Below are positions 60,573 through 64,000 of a stretch of 64,000 nucleotides of DNA, piece after piece. A program made the translations under genes and the position numbers. Position 1 is the stretch's first letter, and every line of letters begins with the position of its first letter. Below the pieces are notes generated by a model. It was given only the letters and a program-made list of their open reading frames with translations, ran no database searches and was not told where the DNA came from. Origin of the DNA: Longimicrobiales bacterium (GTDB taxonomy: Bacteria > Gemmatimonadota > Gemmatimonadetes > Longimicrobiales > Gaopeijiaceae); NCBI GenBank assembly GCA_965218295.1, contig CBDCKN010000015.1, positions 480,001 to 544,000 of the forward strand. The letters run 5' to 3'.

Positions 60573-60870
60573 GCGCGGATCGGCGAGCGCCAGTGCCGAT
60601 CGGCGGGTGCACATCAGACAACGGGGTGCATGTGCACCGAGAAGCCAATTCTCTGTGTGCGCCAGCGCTTCCGTATGTGGCTGGCTGTCTTGCAGTTGCA
60701 CCACGGCCGCTGGAGCGCCGCTGCCGCTCCGGAGCATGCGGCCGTGGACGGGAGCGACCCCCCCTTTGGGGATGCCTCGATCAGCATCGGGAAGGGTTGG
60801 CATGTGAACGCCCATGCCAACCTCCGCCGGGGGTCGCTCCCGTTCCAATGATCCCTGGCGGGAAGGCCCT
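60573..60870 (+). other. Structured non-coding element, copy 2
   Basis: Colinear with 27255-27540; stem 60748-60762/60829-60843. Confidence 0.7.
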
Positions 60871-60982
60871 CGAGCCGATGAGGGGGCCCGGTGTCGCCGA
60901 GACCGGATCGGCGCTTCTTCTCGAGTGAAGACCCTTCGTGAATCGAGCTCCACTGGCTCCGGGAAGTGCCTCGCTCCGGTGT

Positions 60983-61321
60983 CTAGGTCTTTCTCGCTGG
61001 CCCGACGACAATTCGCCCGCGACCTCGTTTGACCACATAGCCCTGAGGACGAATCCTAAGCTCCCCTTCCTGAACAAGAGCCCAGAGACTCTCAGCGATC
61101 AATTCGGCGTTCCGATCCGTCTCTTTCGTGGCTGCCTGTGAGGACAGCCACTCGACGAACGCCCGCCCCCCGATATCTTGGCCGACCGACCTGCGAAGTG
61201 CGTTCAGCTTGCGGAGTTGCCCTTTCGTGAGAGCGCTCTCGTCAATATTCCTCGATGTCTGCCCTATAGCTCTTCCTTTCCATGGTACTGTGTGCTGAGA
61301 TGATGGTTTGACATTCGTCAA
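60983..61321 (-). CDS. Small hypothetical protein
   Basis: Overlaps the HNH gene stop; protein-like sequence LTKGQLRKLNALRRSVG..GYVVKRGRGR. Confidence 0.6.
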   Translation of the reverse strand: MTNVKPSSQHTVPWKGRAIGQTSRNIDESALTKGQLRKLNALRRSVGQDIGGRAFVEWLSSQAATKETDRNAELIAESLWALVQEGELRIRPQGYVVKRGRGRIVVGPARKT

Positions 61322-62334
61322 CCTGGATGCTCTGGCTCCCTCCGATTCCTTAACTCAGAGATACAGCTATCCCCTATGTTATATAAGTGCCCCGACACAC
61401 GGAGGTCGGCCGCCCGCTGTTCGGAGAGAGCGATCTGATACCGGAAACCGCCAAACAGCAACACCTGCCCAATGACTGCATCTGTGCCAACTGCCCTTTC
61501 CACGGTGACGACGTGTACAACAGGTCGGTCTCCATCTGGGGTGTTAGGGGGCAGAGGTATCGGGAACTCATCGTCAATGTCAACCAAGTTCTCGCCGCCT
61601 TCTCCGTAGCGGATGAATCTCCTCGATACGTTGAACTGCGGGCGTAACGCGAACTGTCCACCATTAATGTAGGCCAGGTAGTTGAATGAAATCTTTGCTA
61701 CCGCCCGCCGAAGGTCCCTCGTAAACTCAGCCACTTGCACCACCGGAGCTTCGTCACCCGACTCTCCGTCTCGGACCATCTGACGCCAGTTTGGGAACGA
61801 CACTCCCTGTTCTTCGAGATAGGCTCTCACTGACTCGTGATCTCTCGCATAGACCTTAATTCCGGCCTGTGGGTTCAAGTCATTACGATTTTTCCAAGTG
61901 CCCTCAGAGACTTCATCGAGCCCCATCCAGACGAACCCATCCTCCTCGCGCCGAGCAAACCCAACTTGATCGATAGGTGTCGCGCGAAATCCATTCGAGG
62001 CTTCAAGATCGGCGGTCAGACGCAGCAAGCATCCCTGGTAGTCACCTGCTCCATTGTACCGGAACGTAACGGAGTCATATTTGAACTGCTCGATCTGTTC
62101 CGACGGGCGAACATTCCAGACATATCGTTGGAACCCCTCATCGGAACCGCGCGCCAAGGTAAGGTCGAGGTTGGCTCCAAAGTAGGTGTTGCAGCTCTCG
62201 CATACGCAGTCAGCAAGAACGAGGGCGGCGTTGAAGCTGCCGAATGCGGCGGGGACAACATGTTCCCGATTGAACTCCGCCGCAGGTTTCGGCTCAAGGC
62301 AGTAGATACACTGCAGTTGTGAGTCGCCGGGCAT
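61318..62334 (-). CDS. HNH endonuclease-domain protein
   Basis: CIYC..FNREHVVPAAFG..VCESCN. Confidence 0.85.
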   Translation of the reverse strand: MPGDSQLQCIYCLEPKPAAEFNREHVVPAAFGSFNAALVLADCVCESCNTYFGANLDLTLARGSDEGFQRYVWNVRPSEQIEQFKYDSVTFRYNGAGDYQGCLLRLTADLEASNGFRATPIDQVGFARREEDGFVWMGLDEVSEGTWKNRNDLNPQAGIKVYARDHESVRAYLEEQGVSFPNWRQMVRDGESGDEAPVVQVAEFTRDLRRAVAKISFNYLAYINGGQFALRPQFNVSRRFIRYGEGGENLVDIDDEFPIPLPPNTPDGDRPVVHVVTVERAVGTDAVIGQVLLFGGFRYQIALSEQRAADLRVSGHLYNIGDSCISELRNRREPEHPG

Positions 62335-62648
62335 GGCTATCTGATTTACGCGGTCTGAGGGACACTCTCCTAGCGATCATGCCGCGAAGGTACGTGAATC
62401 TCATGGACGTTGCTCGGCCGGTTCTTGATGTGATGTCCCGAACACAGGGTTTAACCTCGAGGCACGTACTCGGCCAGCAACAGTGTGGCGAGCATCGATC
62501 AACCGCCGCTCCGCGCCCTGCCTCGGTCCCGGCGTCGGATACGACCGGCATGAACGGGAGCCGCTCTCCGGAAACGCGTCGTATTCTAGACTCGTGTCAA
62601 CCGCAGGGTGTTGTGGTAATTGGCTGCATCGTCAGCCCAACAAGCCGT

Positions 62649-62787
62649 ACGCATGTGGTCCTAAACAAGGTCTAGGCGGCGTATCGGCGCACCGACCTGT
62701 TCGAGCGCCGGCGCCGGCGTCATGGACGACTGGCTAGCGTACTTGGCCAGCGAGAGTCGAGACCCGGAGGCCGGACCGGTCCGTTGA
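62649..62787 (+). pseudogene. 3' remnant of P4-like integrase
   Basis: HVVLNKV*AAYRRTDLFERRR/MDDWLAYLASESRDPEAGPVR*. Confidence 0.8.
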
Positions 62788-62814
62788 TACGCCGCGCTCC
62801 TTCGCGGCGCTCGA

Positions 62815-63103
62815 CAGCCTTCCCGCAAGGGATCCATGGAACGGGAGCGACCCCGCCTGGGGCCAGGGCTGTGTGAATACACACCCGGCCCTATGCCCGC
62901 ACCAGGGCGTCTCTGAGGGGGGTCGCTCCCCTCCACGTCGGTGCTGCCCAGTGCGGCACAGGCGGCCGGGTGGCAGCGACCGCAACTCCAAGCGCCCGCA
63001 CGGGATAGCCGAATCCGGCGTCTGCGCATCTTCACGGGTGCCATGCGTGCATCGACCCCCAACGTCTCATGCACGCTCCAGTACGGCACAAGGCGTGGGC
63101 TTC
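62815..63103 (-). other. Structured non-coding element, copy 3 (divergent)
   Basis: GGGAGCGACCCC (62843-62854)/GGGGTCGCTCCC (62919-62930) stem and ATGGATCCCT..GCGGGAAGG tail conserved; follows the stop of 63104..64000. Confidence 0.65.
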
Positions 63104-64000
63104 TCATCGGAAGCGTGCCCCCGCGAGCCGAACCGTCCGCCAGGTGTCGGTGCGTTGCATCAGCCCCCGCCCTGCCTGCCTGCGCGCCCGCTTCGTCAGC
63201 GCGACGCTGCGCTTCATCGCGGCCTGCAAGCCTCCGTACTCCATCAGGACCGGGACATCCCCCTTGATGATGGCCTGGTCGATAAGGTCGATCTCGCGGC
63301 CGATCCCGTGGTCGAATTCGGAGGGGCGGGGATCCCGCGCCCAGTTGGTGAGCACGGTCTCCGCCCGGCTGTCCTCCTGCGGTGTCCGGACGATGGCCAC
63401 GACCTCGATCCCGCAGCCGCGATCCCAGAGCACCTTCCAGAGTTCGCGGTGCGCCGCGCCCCAGGAGCGGAGTGCCGTCGCTGTCTCGTGGCCCGGATCG
63501 AGGTAGACGAAAACGGCGCGCCGGGCGTCCAGCGCGACCGGCAGCTGGAGCGGGAAGTAGCGCCGGAGGTTCCCGGCCGCTCCCCGGTAGACCCGTTGGG
63601 GCAGGAGCGGGCGCTCGATGCCGAGCGCCTCGAAGGCGGCCACCTTCTCCGGCTCGGTCGGGAGCCAAGGCAGGCGGGAATGATCAAGCACATAGTCGAG
63701 CGAGAGCAGGCGCCGCATCAGCACTTCCGTGGAGGTGATCCGGCGGCGGCGGCGGTTCCCGGCGCCGAGCGCCCGGTAGATCCGGCGCGCGTGGATTCGG
63801 CACACTCGACCGATGCCGTCGATGCCGGGCGGATCCTCTTCGACGGCCACGCCCTGCGCGACGAGGGCGCGGACGGCGCGGCGCACCTTTTCGTGGTGGC
63901 AACCCAGAAAGCTCGTCCACTGAGCCCGAGTGAACACGCCGCCATGGAGACAGGCCAAGGCGATCCACTCGGCCTGACGGCCCGCCCAGCCAAATCCCTC
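63104..64000 (-). CDS. Paralog of the 26319..27254 orphan protein (5' end beyond window)
   Basis: GWAGRQAEWIALACLHGGVFTRAQ, RRLLSLDYVL, WLPTEPEKV, RRYFP..LPVAL. Confidence 0.85.
   Translation of the reverse strand, partial: EGFGWAGRQAEWIALACLHGGVFTRAQWTSFLGCHHEKVRRAVRALVAQGVAVEEDPPGIDGIGRVCRIHARRIYRALGAGNRRRRRITSTEVLMRRLLSLDYVLDHSRLPWLPTEPEKVAAFEALGIERPLLPQRVYRGAAGNLRRYFPLQLPVALDARRAVFVYLDPGHETATALRSWGAAHRELWKVLWDRGCGIEVVAIVRTPQEDSRAETVLTNWARDPRPSEFDHGIGREIDLIDQAIIKGDVPVLMEYGGLQAAMKRSVALTKRARRQAGRGLMQRTDTWRTVRLAGARFR

Noticed and set aside
1..64000. CRISPR array or cas genes
   Set aside because: No regularly spaced 25-45 bp direct repeats and no Cas-like ORFs; the long repeats are IS copies or element paralogs.

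Overview
A GC-rich, entirely accessory 64 kb region with no housekeeping genes, rRNA, intact tRNA or CRISPR array. It reads as a pile-up of related integrative elements. There are three near-intact P4-type tyrosine integrases plus three integrase remnants, a compact VirB-type T4SS operon led by a Cro-like/AlpA fusion, and a ColE1-like oriT-mobC-mobA(B,D) module. Fragments of virD4, virB10, mobC and a second Cro-like regulator also remain. The T4SS operon ends in an orphan ~311-aa gene followed by a ~290-nt highly structured non-coding element. This gene+element pair occurs three times and shows compensatory base changes, making it the best candidate for an undescribed system. Cargo is mostly defence-like: type I RM, a type IIG-like RM, HigBA, three HEPN proteins, an HNH protein and DUF2971. 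Host-interaction-type cargo is a Sel1 protein and an Ig-like/HExxH lipoprotein, which suggest (inference only) a sponge-type symbiont. A recent IS burst overlays the region: four 1567-bp IS3-family copies with atypical 7-nt extensions beyond their TG..CA repeats, two IS481 copies, IS256 elements, and an IS66 element carrying a DUF4338/DruA-like passenger. Family names come from motif recognition by eye; no database search was run.
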